This document shows, piece by piece, positions 19,269 through 28,613 of a stretch of DNA of 64,000 nucleotides. Origin of the DNA: a bacterium. Lineage in GTDB: Bacteria; Zhuqueibacterota; QNDG01; JAGLOF01. Under the pieces are notes generated by a model. The model saw only the letters and a list, made by a program, of their open reading frames with translations, did no database searches and was not told where the DNA came from. The translations under genes were made by a program, and so were the position numbers. Location of the stretch: positions 61,503 through 125,502 of the forward strand of contig JAFGRY010000049.1 of NCBI GenBank assembly GCA_016934955.1. The letters are read 5' to 3'. The first letter of the stretch is position 1, and each line of letters opens with the position of its first letter.

Positions 19269-20696
19269 GTGACTCTTTCCCGCGTCAGTCGTAGAGATTT
19301 TTTGCATTATATAGGTCACACAACTGCAGCTTTGGCTTTTGGAGGGATCAAGTGCTCGACTCCTTCACGGAAACCAAATATTCTCTTTTTACTGGCCGAC
19401 GATCAGCGAAACGACATGCTCGGCTGCGCCGGGCATCCCATTCTGAAAACACCGGCCATCGACAGCCTGGCTGCGGGCGGCGCCCGCTTCGTGAACGCGT
19501 TCGTCACCACGGCGATCTGCGCGGCCAGCAGGGCTTCCATTCTCACCGGGCTGTATGAATGCACGCACGGCTATACGTTCGGTACGCCCCCGCTGAGCGC
19601 AGCCCGGATGGCGGTAAGTTATCCGGCTCTCCTGCGGCAGGCGGGATACCGGACCGGTTTCATCGGCAAGTACGGTGTGCAAACACAAGGAGAAGGGGAG
19701 ACGGAGAACGCGATGTTCGATTACTTCTCTCCCCACAGCAGCTATCCCTATCTCAAACCGCAGCCGGACGGCAGCCTGCGTCACGAAACGGAGATCTGCG
19801 GTGACAAGGCCGTGGAATTCCTGAACTCGCTTCCGGGGAAGGAGCCCTTTTGCCTTTTGGTCAGCTTCAACGCTCCCCATGCCGCCGACTGGGACATGGA
19901 GCACCACTATCCCTGGCCGAAAGCGGTGGACGGGATGTATGAGGATGTGGAAATACCGCCGCCCCGGCTTGCCGATCCGGCTATATGTGAGAGTCAGCCC
20001 GATTTTCTCAAAACATCCATGAACCGCATCCGCTGGTACTGGCGCTGGGACACGCCCGAAAAATATCAGAAGAACATGCGCGCCTATTTCCGCATGGTCA
20101 GCGGCATCGACCGGGTTGTCGGCCGCATTCGCGACGAACTGGGGCGGCTGGGCCTGGCCGGCAACACGATCATCATCTACATGGGCGATAACGGCTACTA
20201 CATGGGCGACCGGGGATTCGCCGGTAAATGGTCCCATTACGAAGAGGCGCGGCGGGTGCCGCTGATTATGTATGATCCCCGCCGGCCCGGAAAAGAGCAC
20301 GGCATCCTTCCGCGATGCATGGCGCTGAATGTGGATATCACTCCCACGATTCTGGATCTTGCCGGTGTAAACGTTCCGGCCTCGTGTCAGGGAGTGAGTC
20401 TCGTGTCCCCGACACGGGGAAACCGTCCTCGCGCCTGGCGGGAAGACTTCTTCTGCGAGCACCGCATGGACCATCCGGACATCCCCAAGTGGGAAGGGGT
20501 ACGCGATACCCGCTATGTGTACGCCCGCTACTACGAACAGAATCCGGTCCATGAGTTTCTGCATGATCTCGACACCGATCCGGATGAACTTCGGAACGAG
20601 GCCCATAATCCCGCGTACCGGGACATTCTCACAGGCATGCGCGCCCGCTGCGATGAACTGAAGGCCCGCTATACATCCGCCGCACATGGGGCCTGA
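19269..20696 (+). CDS. Tat-exported sulfatase (C-A-A-S-R formylglycine motif variant)
   Basis: GTG start. Tat motif SRRDFLHYIG. NILFLLADDQRNDMLGCAGHP and CAASRASILTGL sulfatase signatures. Confidence 0.85.
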   Translation: MTLSRVSRRDFLHYIGHTTAALAFGGIKCSTPSRKPNILFLLADDQRNDMLGCAGHPILKTPAIDSLAAGGARFVNAFVTTAICAASRASILTGLYECTHGYTFGTPPLSAARMAVSYPALLRQAGYRTGFIGKYGVQTQGEGETENAMFDYFSPHSSYPYLKPQPDGSLRHETEICGDKAVEFLNSLPGKEPFCLLVSFNAPHAADWDMEHHYPWPKAVDGMYEDVEIPPPRLADPAICESQPDFLKTSMNRIRWYWRWDTPEKYQKNMRAYFRMVSGIDRVVGRIRDELGRLGLAGNTIIIYMGDNGYYMGDRGFAGKWSHYEEARRVPLIMYDPRRPGKEHGILPRCMALNVDITPTILDLAGVNVPASCQGVSLVSPTRGNRPRAWREDFFCEHRMDHPDIPKWEGVRDTRYVYARYYEQNPVHEFLHDLDTDPDELRNEAHNPAYRDILTGMRARCDELKARYTSAAHGA

Positions 20697-20722
20697 GATC
20701 CTAAACAAGGGAGAGTGAGACA

Positions 20723-23158
20723 ATGCAGTGCGCACGACGGATACGATTCGTAAGATCAGCGGCCGCGGCCGGGCTGCTCATAGTGCTTGTTCTCTCCTGC
20801 GGCGGAAACCGGACATCACCATCGGATTTCGGGGCCGCCGCCTGGATAGGAGACGGCAGACCGCTTCCGTCATGTGACGCGGATTTTTATAGGGATCAGC
20901 CCGCACCGCTGTTCCGCCGGGAGTTTACGATATTAGATTCGCTGCGGAGCGCCACCCTTTTCATCACGGCCGCCGGCTACTATCGCGCGTCCCTTAACGG
21001 ATCACGTATCGGAGACCGCCTGCTCGATCCCGCCTGGACCGGTTTCAGCAAACGGATCTATTATGCCGTGTACGATGTCACCGGCGCGCTCAGGCGGGGA
21101 GCGAACTGTCTCGGCGTCACCCTGGGAAACGGCTTCTACAATCCGCTGCCCCTGCGCATGTGGGGCAGCCGTAATCTGCGGAAGGTGCTGCCCGTCGGCC
21201 CTCCCGCCTTCATCGCCCGCCTGCGGATCGAATACAGGGACGGCAGGGTTCAGGAAGTCCGCAGCGACACGACCTGGCGCTGGGCGCCGGGCCCGGTGCT
21301 GAAGAACAGCGTCTACCTGGGGGAGGTGTACGACGGCCGCTGGGAGATCCCCGGCTGGGACCGTCCCGGAATGGACACGACGGGCTGGCGTCCGGTTCTG
21401 CAGTCCGCAGGACCCGGAGGTGTACTGCAGCCGGCCTTCTTTCCCCCGATCCGCACCACGGCAACGATCACGCCTGTATCGGTCTCACCCGCCGCCGGAC
21501 ATGTCTGGATCGCGGACATGGGCGTGAACCACACGGGACTGTACAGGATCCACCTGCGGGGAGAACCGGGCGACACGGTGACCTTTCGTTTCGGTGAACG
21601 GCTCTACGCGGACGGCTCGCTCAATCCCATGACCACGGTGGCCGGGCAGATCAAACGGGCCGGTGTGGGCGGGCCCGGCGCCCCGGACATCGCCTGGCAG
21701 ACCGACACGTATATATTTGGGGAAAATACGAATATATGGTACGCCCCGGAATTCACCTTTCATACCTTCAGGTATTTGGAGATTTCCGGCCTTTCCTGCC
21801 GTCCGGCTCCAGGGGATATTGAGGGGCGGATCATTCACAGCGACGTGGATCAGAAAAACGAATTTTCCTGCTCCGCCGGCCTGATCAACGATATTCAGGA
21901 CGCCTGCAAACGCACCTTTCTGGCCAATTGTATCGGGGTGCAATCCGACTGTCCTGCCCGGGAGAAGTTCGGCTACGGCGGCGACCTCAACGCCACCGGC
22001 GAGGCGTTCATCTGCAGCTTCGATATGCAGTCCTTTTACCGGAAGACCGTGTATGACTGGCTGGATGCGATGAACGATTCGGTCTTCGTGGATACGGCTC
22101 CCTATGTGGGCATTCGCTACTGCGGGGTCAGCTGGGAGTCGGCCTTTCTCATCACCCAGTACTATCTCTGGCTTTACTACAATGACCGGGAGCTCGTGGA
22201 TGAACTCTATGACCGGGACCTGGCCTGGATGGACAAAGCGGCCCGCATCCATCCCCTGGGGCTCGTTGTGGAAGGGCTGAGCGACCATGAGTCGCTGCAG
22301 CCGGTGCCCGTGGAACTGACCGGCACCGCCCACTACCTGCAGTGCGCCGAGATCATGGCCCGTTTCGCCGGATTGCAGGGAGACAGAAAGAACCGTGCAA
22401 GATTCCAGTCCCTCGCTGACACATTACGATCCATTCTGAGGGAGAAGTTCTGGGACACTCCCGTACCCGGTCCAATCAACCGCCAGACGCTGTTCGCAAC
22501 CCTGCTGTACAACGATATCGTCCCTGAACCTGAAAAGGGCATTGCCGTGGATTCGCTCCTGGCCGCGGTGCGGTCGGCTCCCGCGGGGCATTTTATCACC
22601 GGCATTTTCGGCACTAAATACATACTGGAGGCGCTCTCCGCGAACGGCCACGGTGACATGGTGTTCGACATCGTCAACAGCCGTGAGTTCCCCGGCTGGG
22701 GATACATGATCGACCGGGGGGCGACCACCATCTGGGAGACCTGGAAGGAGAGTGACAACACCTACTCCAACTGTCATCCCATGTTCGGGTCCGTTTCGGG
22801 ATGGTTCTATCAGTGGCTGGGAGGGATCCGGCCCGATCCGGACTATCCGGGGTTCACCCGGTTTTTTATCACCCCCGTCATCCCGGATGGTCTGTCGCAC
22901 ATGCGCTGTGTATACCGTTCTCCGCACGGCCCGATCGTCTCCGCCTGGAAAAAGGACGAACAGAACCGTCCGGGGTTCGAGATAGAGGTGCCGCCGGGCA
23001 GCACGGCCATGGTGCGGCTCCCCGTGGGGGAGGGAGAGCGGATGGCCGTCCGCAAACGCGGAAATGACGCCGTCCATCTCTTCCCCGACGCCGTGGACGG
23101 TTCATGCAGGTGCGAACTGGGAGGAGGGGAGTGGGAGATTGTGACTGTTAATAAGTAG
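20723..23158 (+). CDS. Glycoside hydrolase family 78 alpha-L-rhamnosidase
   Basis: RBS AAGGGAGAG. Bac_rhamnosid N-domain pattern (RASLNGSRIGDRLLDPAWTGFSKRIYYAVYDVT...GANCLGVTLGNGFYNP). Catalytic six-hairpin motif DCPAREKFGYGGD (cf. DCPQRERxGWTGD). Confidence 0.85.
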   Translation: MQCARRIRFVRSAAAAGLLIVLVLSCGGNRTSPSDFGAAAWIGDGRPLPSCDADFYRDQPAPLFRREFTILDSLRSATLFITAAGYYRASLNGSRIGDRLLDPAWTGFSKRIYYAVYDVTGALRRGANCLGVTLGNGFYNPLPLRMWGSRNLRKVLPVGPPAFIARLRIEYRDGRVQEVRSDTTWRWAPGPVLKNSVYLGEVYDGRWEIPGWDRPGMDTTGWRPVLQSAGPGGVLQPAFFPPIRTTATITPVSVSPAAGHVWIADMGVNHTGLYRIHLRGEPGDTVTFRFGERLYADGSLNPMTTVAGQIKRAGVGGPGAPDIAWQTDTYIFGENTNIWYAPEFTFHTFRYLEISGLSCRPAPGDIEGRIIHSDVDQKNEFSCSAGLINDIQDACKRTFLANCIGVQSDCPAREKFGYGGDLNATGEAFICSFDMQSFYRKTVYDWLDAMNDSVFVDTAPYVGIRYCGVSWESAFLITQYYLWLYYNDRELVDELYDRDLAWMDKAARIHPLGLVVEGLSDHESLQPVPVELTGTAHYLQCAEIMARFAGLQGDRKNRARFQSLADTLRSILREKFWDTPVPGPINRQTLFATLLYNDIVPEPEKGIAVDSLLAAVRSAPAGHFITGIFGTKYILEALSANGHGDMVFDIVNSREFPGWGYMIDRGATTIWETWKESDNTYSNCHPMFGSVSGWFYQWLGGIRPDPDYPGFTRFFITPVIPDGLSHMRCVYRSPHGPIVSAWKKDEQNRPGFEIEVPPGSTAMVRLPVGEGERMAVRKRGNDAVHLFPDAVDGSCRCELGGGEWEIVTVNK

Positions 23159-23443
23159 TTATCATTGCCAAATTATATCGAGATGGTAATACCGGTACCC
23201 CCGGTCCCTGATTGCTTTTCGATCCTGTTCAACCACCGGCAATCTGCTGAATTTTTTCTGGCATTATCTGAATTTACGTTGTATCTTTCCCTGTATTTCT
23301 GAATGCACATACAATCCGTGATTATCGCCGTTCGTTCGAGCTCGTGTGCTGCCCGGTAGCACCGCAGCTTTTGCACATGGTATTGTGGAAGCGGATCAGA
23401 GATATCCGGATCATGTCCACTGTCGTTTAGGAGGAATCATTCC

Positions 23444-25048
23444 ATGAACACTTTTAAGAAACTGGCAGGAAAACCCCTGCTTGCCATCTTCCTTACACTC
23501 CTTATCGGCTGTTCCGGTGACAAGGGCACCAATCCTCCCTCGGATAATGAAGTGATAGAGGACGTACATGAAGTGACGGCATTTCAGGACTCCCTGGACA
23601 TCGTTCTCGACACCCTTCTCGGTGAGCTGGATCAGGAGACGGCCCTGGATTCCCTTCTCAGGGCTGCCCTACGGGACCCTGCCGTGGAAACGGGCGGGGC
23701 AAGCGCATACGGCCTCTTTATCGAGTATAAAAACGGAGTAATCGGAGGTATCTTCATCGATGATGCAGATGATCCCGCAGGAACTGTTCCGGGCATGGCG
23801 GACGTGCCGGACAGAGACCCGCTGCTGAAACCGATGACCGGAGAGCTGCCCACGTCCTTCAGAACCCTGTTCGTCAATCCCAGTTATTGGGAACGAAAGC
23901 AATATGCCGACGAAATTCTCGCTTTATACAACAGTCGTTTCCCGACACTCGGATTCAGCCGTCCCGATGTGCTTGTCAATGACGAGGGCACGCTGGACCT
24001 GCTTGCTGAACTTGATATCTACGGGATCGTCCATATCTATTCCCACGGGGCTCCCTACAAAAAAGATGGCGAGATTCAGGAGGTCTATCTCCTGACCGGT
24101 GAGAGCGCCAACGATGTAACCACCGCGAAATACAGCGCCGATGTCCATTCAGGAAAAATTCCAGTCGTGCTCTGGCACGGCAAGGACCACCACTATTTCG
24201 TTTCTCCCAGATTTATCGGCAAATATAATGACTTCAGCGGGAGCAATACCATCGTTTACGGCGGATTCTGCTTCAGCAATCTTGGAAGCTGGTCCGCGGA
24301 GATCGTCGGCGGCGCTGGCGCAGCAGCCTACATAGGATTCGACTGGTCGGTTTATACAAACTGGAACGCCTTCTGGGCCCGAAGCCTGTTTTATTATCTG
24401 ACCGATAAGACAGCAGCAGCACCTGTTACCATAAACCAATGGTTCGGCGATGCGACTGTGTCCCATGACTACTGGAATGAAAAAGACAACCGCACCGTGC
24501 ATATACTGCGAACCCAGGCCAAGTCAAAAGATATGGCCCTCTGGAGAGACGTCGAAAAAACCCATGACATCGGTGTTGTCGTGAAAATAGACGGCCACTA
24601 TCTCGCCACCGTGGTCAATCCTGATGAAACATACAGTTATGAATATGATTCCGAAGGAGTCTCCTATTCCACGAACGGTGATTGCCCAGGCGGTTTTAGC
24701 GGCAACACCTTTACCGGGTACGGTTCGCAGCAGGTCGGCACCGGAACCATAAGCAGCACAATCAGTGCCGTGTTCAGCGGCGACAGACAGATGATCGTCA
24801 GTATCAGCTGGATCGAGAACTATAGCTTTCCGACATATACGAAAACCATCACATTCAGCGGACGGAACATCCCCCTGGACTATTCGTACTCCGGCACTTC
24901 CATCTTGCAGATACAGGGTGAGTCGGCGGCGGATGCCATCGTCGCCTTCTCTGTGGAACAGACCGCTGCCGAGGGGCTGAGTTACCGCCTGCAGAGCTGG
25001 AGCACCGATTGGGACAGCAAGGTCTGGGTGGGCCTGTCGGATCTTTAA
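23444..25048 (+). CDS. Lipoprotein of unknown function with a caspase/gingipain-like His...Cys arrangement
   Basis: RBS TAGGAGG. Lipobox LLIGC. Segments DIYGIVHIYSHGAPY and NTIVYGGFCFSNLGSW resemble the beta-strand-HG and beta-strand-small-C catalytic dyad layout of clan CD peptidases. No family identified. Confidence 0.5.
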   Translation: MNTFKKLAGKPLLAIFLTLLIGCSGDKGTNPPSDNEVIEDVHEVTAFQDSLDIVLDTLLGELDQETALDSLLRAALRDPAVETGGASAYGLFIEYKNGVIGGIFIDDADDPAGTVPGMADVPDRDPLLKPMTGELPTSFRTLFVNPSYWERKQYADEILALYNSRFPTLGFSRPDVLVNDEGTLDLLAELDIYGIVHIYSHGAPYKKDGEIQEVYLLTGESANDVTTAKYSADVHSGKIPVVLWHGKDHHYFVSPRFIGKYNDFSGSNTIVYGGFCFSNLGSWSAEIVGGAGAAAYIGFDWSVYTNWNAFWARSLFYYLTDKTAAAPVTINQWFGDATVSHDYWNEKDNRTVHILRTQAKSKDMALWRDVEKTHDIGVVVKIDGHYLATVVNPDETYSYEYDSEGVSYSTNGDCPGGFSGNTFTGYGSQQVGTGTISSTISAVFSGDRQMIVSISWIENYSFPTYTKTITFSGRNIPLDYSYSGTSILQIQGESAADAIVAFSVEQTAAEGLSYRLQSWSTDWDSKVWVGLSDL

Positions 25049-25073
25049 AAACGTCAGGAAGGAGTGAACCGCT

Positions 25074-25334
25074 ATGAGCATGCTTTTTTTCATCATCGCC
25101 ATCGTTTTCGTTATCTGGGGCGTGGTGTCCGCCCTGGTGATGACCGACTATATTTCCAAACGGGGACACAAGATCAATGTATTCCTTTTCCGGCTCTACA
25201 TTTACCGCTACATACACACGTACTGTGAGCTGACGAAGACCGAAAACGGGAAACCGGGGTTCTGGTTCTACTCCTATATCGTCTGCATGAATGTCGCTCT
25301 CATCTGTGTCATTATCGGAGCGGTGCTCAAATAG
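25074..25334 (+). CDS. Small (86 aa) two-transmembrane-helix protein, unknown function
   Basis: Strong RBS AGGAAGGAG 9 nt upstream. GC3-rich codon usage like the neighbours. Two hydrophobic helices flank a basic/aromatic loop (RLYIYRYIHTY). Confidence 0.45.
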   Translation: MSMLFFIIAIVFVIWGVVSALVMTDYISKRGHKINVFLFRLYIYRYIHTYCELTKTENGKPGFWFYSYIVCMNVALICVIIGAVLK

Positions 25335-25351
25335 ATCTGCATGCGCCGGGT

Positions 25352-27007
25352 ATGTACACTATGCTGCACACAATACGGTGTCAACGCTCAGTGATCTGTC
25401 TGATGCTGTGCCTGGGACCGGCCCTGTGCGGGGCATCCGTCCGGCACGTGAATGCCGGTCATCCGCAGGCATCGGACGGGAATCCCGGCACGGCGTCGCT
25501 GCCCTGGCGCACCATTCAGCACGCCGCCGGGACCGCCGCGCCCGGTGATACCGTCTATATCCACACCGGCACCTACCATGAACATGTCTACATGGAACAA
25601 TCCGGTGCGGAAGGCTCCCCGGTCGCCTACCTGGCCTGGCCCGGAGAAACGCCTGTGCTGGACGGGACCGGTGTCACCGCCTCCGGCAACGGTCTTGTCA
25701 TCAGCGCCTCCCGGATAACGATCCGCGGCCTTGAATTCCGCAGCTGGCCCGGGAACGCCGTCTGGATCGAACAGTCGTCCCATCTCGATATCAGCGACTG
25801 CACCGTCCATGGCGCAACCTACGGTGTCGGTGTCGCCGACGGCAGCCATGATATCCGGTTCACCAATGTCACCGCGTTTGATTTCGACCTCTACGGGTTC
25901 GATGTCTCTCCCTCAGGGGGAGCTCCCTGTCACGATATCGAATTCAGCGGCTGCAGCGCCCACAGCGGGCGCGATCCCCAACAGAACGTGGACGGGTTCG
26001 CCCTCGGCCACGGAAGCCAGTACGGTTTCAGCTTTACCCGCTGTACCGTCCATGACGTGTACGACGGGTTCGATATCAGCGCCCGCAGCACCGTCCTGAA
26101 CGGATGCTGCGCCCATGACTGCTGGAACGGCGGCTATAAACTCTGGCAGGACCGGGTGGTGCTCTCCAACTGCATCGGCTACCGCTGCGGCATCTCCGTC
26201 GCGGAGCTCGACTGGGACGGCGATCCCGGACTGACCGCCATGTACAACTGCACTTTTTTCGACTCCGGCGTCTTCACGGTCTGGGTGGAAAACAGCGCGG
26301 ACAGCCTGCGTATGTACAACTGTATTATCTCCGGGGGGGACAATATCGGCCTCGCTTTTGAACAGCGGGATGCGGGCAATTACAGCGGAGATTACAATAT
26401 TTTTCATAATGACAATACGGAGAGGGGTATTACCGCCGGCTACGAGGATGAATTTTCCCTGAGCCGGATCGGGGGGGGTGAGTGGACCGCCTACAGTGGC
26501 CAGGACAGCCATTCTTTCACCGCCGGAGATCCTTCCGCGCTTTTTCAGGACCCGTCCGGCTATGACCTGCGCCTGCACGAGAACAGCATTGCCGTCGATG
26601 CCGGCACATCCGCCCATGCCACTGCCCTCGATTTCGCGGGGAATCCCCGTCCCCGGGGTTCGGGCTATGATATCGGCGCCTATGAGTTTCAGGGAACCTC
26701 AGTTCCCGTATATCGTCGCACACTTCCGGAAAAGGGGCGTCTGGGACGGAACTATCCCAACCCCTTCAATCCCCGTACAACGATCCCTTACACGCTTCCC
26801 CACGACGGGCATGTCACGATCACCATCCATACGCTGCTCGGCCGGCGGGTGACGTCTCTTGTCGATGAGTGGCGGGCCGCAGGTTTCCATGCGGTTTCAT
26901 GGGACGGAAGAGACGATACCGGTATGCCCGCAGCGTCGGGAACCTATATTGTCCTGTATCGATCAGGAACAGCGGTCTTCTCACGAAAACTGATGCTGCT
27001 GCGGTGA
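25352..27007 (+). CDS. Right-handed parallel beta-helix (pectate-lyase-fold) protein with T9SS C-terminal sorting domain
   Basis: Signal peptide. Beta-helix signature (LPWRTIQHAAGTAAPGDTVYIHTGTYHE, repeated NG/GxxV turns). C-terminal RNYPNPFNPRTTIPYTLPHDGHVTITIHTLLGRRV...LMLLR is a T9SS CTD. Confidence 0.8.
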   Translation: MYTMLHTIRCQRSVICLMLCLGPALCGASVRHVNAGHPQASDGNPGTASLPWRTIQHAAGTAAPGDTVYIHTGTYHEHVYMEQSGAEGSPVAYLAWPGETPVLDGTGVTASGNGLVISASRITIRGLEFRSWPGNAVWIEQSSHLDISDCTVHGATYGVGVADGSHDIRFTNVTAFDFDLYGFDVSPSGGAPCHDIEFSGCSAHSGRDPQQNVDGFALGHGSQYGFSFTRCTVHDVYDGFDISARSTVLNGCCAHDCWNGGYKLWQDRVVLSNCIGYRCGISVAELDWDGDPGLTAMYNCTFFDSGVFTVWVENSADSLRMYNCIISGGDNIGLAFEQRDAGNYSGDYNIFHNDNTERGITAGYEDEFSLSRIGGGEWTAYSGQDSHSFTAGDPSALFQDPSGYDLRLHENSIAVDAGTSAHATALDFAGNPRPRGSGYDIGAYEFQGTSVPVYRRTLPEKGRLGRNYPNPFNPRTTIPYTLPHDGHVTITIHTLLGRRVTSLVDEWRAAGFHAVSWDGRDDTGMPAASGTYIVLYRSGTAVFSRKLMLLR

Positions 27008-27158
27008 TCAGCCGGTTCCTTCCCGGCAATTTCGCAGCTGTAGCCGCCTGCATACCCGTGAACCTGCTGCGGTGATCATCAGGCACACAGAAGGGAACAG
27101 GAGTGCCCCCGGCACTCTCCAGTACCATTCATACCAAACGTTCAAGGAGGGAACGCCC

Positions 27159-27701
27159 ATGTCTCGAGACCTGGAAGATCTCACCCCGGTTTTCAGAAGA
27201 ACCATTGAGGAGCTGCTGTATGCCTGTGAGCGGTCGGGCTATCCCATGCAGCCGTTCTGCACCCTGCGGGATCCGTTCGAACAGGCCCGCCTCTGGCGGC
27301 AGTCCCGCACCCGGGAAGAGATAGAGGACCGTATGCAATGGCTGAGAGGGGGAGGAGCCGGCTTTCTTGCCCGCTGCCTCGAAAGCGTCGGGCCGCAGTC
27401 CGGGCGGCACGTTACCAACGCCCTGCCCGGTCTTTCCTGGCACCAGTGGGGAGAGGCGGTCGACTGCTTCTGGCTGGTCGGGCATGAGGCCGAATGGTCC
27501 GTTCGCAAAAAGATCGACGGAGTCAACGGCTATCGTCACTACACCCAGACAGCCGCCGACATGGGACTGAATGCCGGAGGCACCTGGCATTCATTCAAGG
27601 ACTGGCCCCATGTGCAGCTGAGGCGGGAAGCGAGTCCGATGGATGTATTCCCCCTGCCGGAGATCAACGACCTGATGCGTGAACGGTTCGGATACGCGTG
27701 A
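27159..27701 (+). CDS. M15-family (VanY/CwlK-like) zinc D,D- or L,D-peptidase, no signal peptide
   Basis: Start at the ATG with RBS AAGGAGG 8 nt upstream; the track ORF begins 87 nt earlier at GTG. Motifs LSWHQWGEAVD (SxHxxGxAxD) and DWPHVQL (ExxH-like) match M15 zinc ligands. No secretion signal. Confidence 0.55.
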   Translation: MSRDLEDLTPVFRRTIEELLYACERSGYPMQPFCTLRDPFEQARLWRQSRTREEIEDRMQWLRGGGAGFLARCLESVGPQSGRHVTNALPGLSWHQWGEAVDCFWLVGHEAEWSVRKKIDGVNGYRHYTQTAADMGLNAGGTWHSFKDWPHVQLRREASPMDVFPLPEINDLMRERFGYA

Positions 27702-27808
27702 TTACCGCTGGTGATCGGTTTTTTCACTTTTTTCTTTCAGGTCCGGATGCGGATATGTATATTACACCGCACGTTGATTTTCGCCGTTAACCGTTTCCGG
27801 ATCTGACC

Positions 27809-28603
27809 ATGAAAGCAGCCGTTCTGCAGTTTTCTCCGCATTTCGGGGATACCGATGCCAATCTGGCCCGTATGGAAGAGATGCTTGACGGGGTCGAAGC
27901 CGATCTCGCGGTGCTTCCCGAGCTCTGTATCAGCGGGTATCAGTTCCTTTCCAGGGACGAAGCCGCTTCGTTGAGTGAACCCATACCTGACGGCCCCGCT
28001 GTGGAGCGGATGACCGCTCTCGCCCGAAAACGAAACATGTACATCTGCTGGGGCATGGCCGAAAAGGCCGGCGATACCCTTTACAATGCATCGGTGCTCA
28101 CCGGCCCGGAGGGATACATCGGCGTCTACCGCAAGACCCATCTTTTCCTCGACGAAAAAAAGTGGTTCGCCCCGGGTGATCTGGGCTTTCCCGTGTGGCG
28201 GCTGGGAGAAGTACGGGCCGGCATGATGATCTGCTTCGACTGGATTTATCCCGAAGCTGCCCGCAGCCTTGCCCTTCAGGGAGCGGACATCATTCTCCAT
28301 CCCGTTAACCTCGTGCTCCCCTGGTGTCAGCAGGCCATGCTCACCAGGAGCCTGGAGAACCGTGTTTTCAGCATTACCGCAAACCGTGTCGGATCGGAGC
28401 AGAGAGGTGACGCATCGGAACTGGTATTCACCGGTGCCAGCCAGATCGTCGATCCCTCGGGTGGCATACTCTTTCGCATGGGGCGAGACACTGAAGGCGT
28501 GCAGACAGTGGAATTCGACCCGCTGATATCCCGGAACAAGCGGATTACGGTCGGAAACAGCCTTTTCGAGGACAGGAAACCGGACCGGTATACTCTCCGG
28601 TGA
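27809..28603 (+). CDS. Carbon-nitrogen hydrolase (nitrilase superfamily) protein
   Basis: MKAAVLQF...ADLAVLPELCISGY (Glu), YRKTHLF (Lys) and MMICFDWIYPE (Cys) give the E-K-C triad context. Confidence 0.85.
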   Translation: MKAAVLQFSPHFGDTDANLARMEEMLDGVEADLAVLPELCISGYQFLSRDEAASLSEPIPDGPAVERMTALARKRNMYICWGMAEKAGDTLYNASVLTGPEGYIGVYRKTHLFLDEKKWFAPGDLGFPVWRLGEVRAGMMICFDWIYPEAARSLALQGADIILHPVNLVLPWCQQAMLTRSLENRVFSITANRVGSEQRGDASELVFTGASQIVDPSGGILFRMGRDTEGVQTVEFDPLISRNKRITVGNSLFEDRKPDRYTLR

Positions 28604-28613
28604 AGGAAGAGCT

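Noticed and set aside
19389-20735. 448-aa minus-strand ORF antisense to the second sulfatase
   Set aside because: Shadow ORF; the sulfatase on + has a Tat signal and catalytic motifs.
23173-23376. 67-aa minus-strand ORF in the GH78-lipoprotein intergenic region
   Set aside because: No RBS, Cys/Arg-rich low-complexity translation. The region is more likely promoter/leader for the lipoprotein gene.
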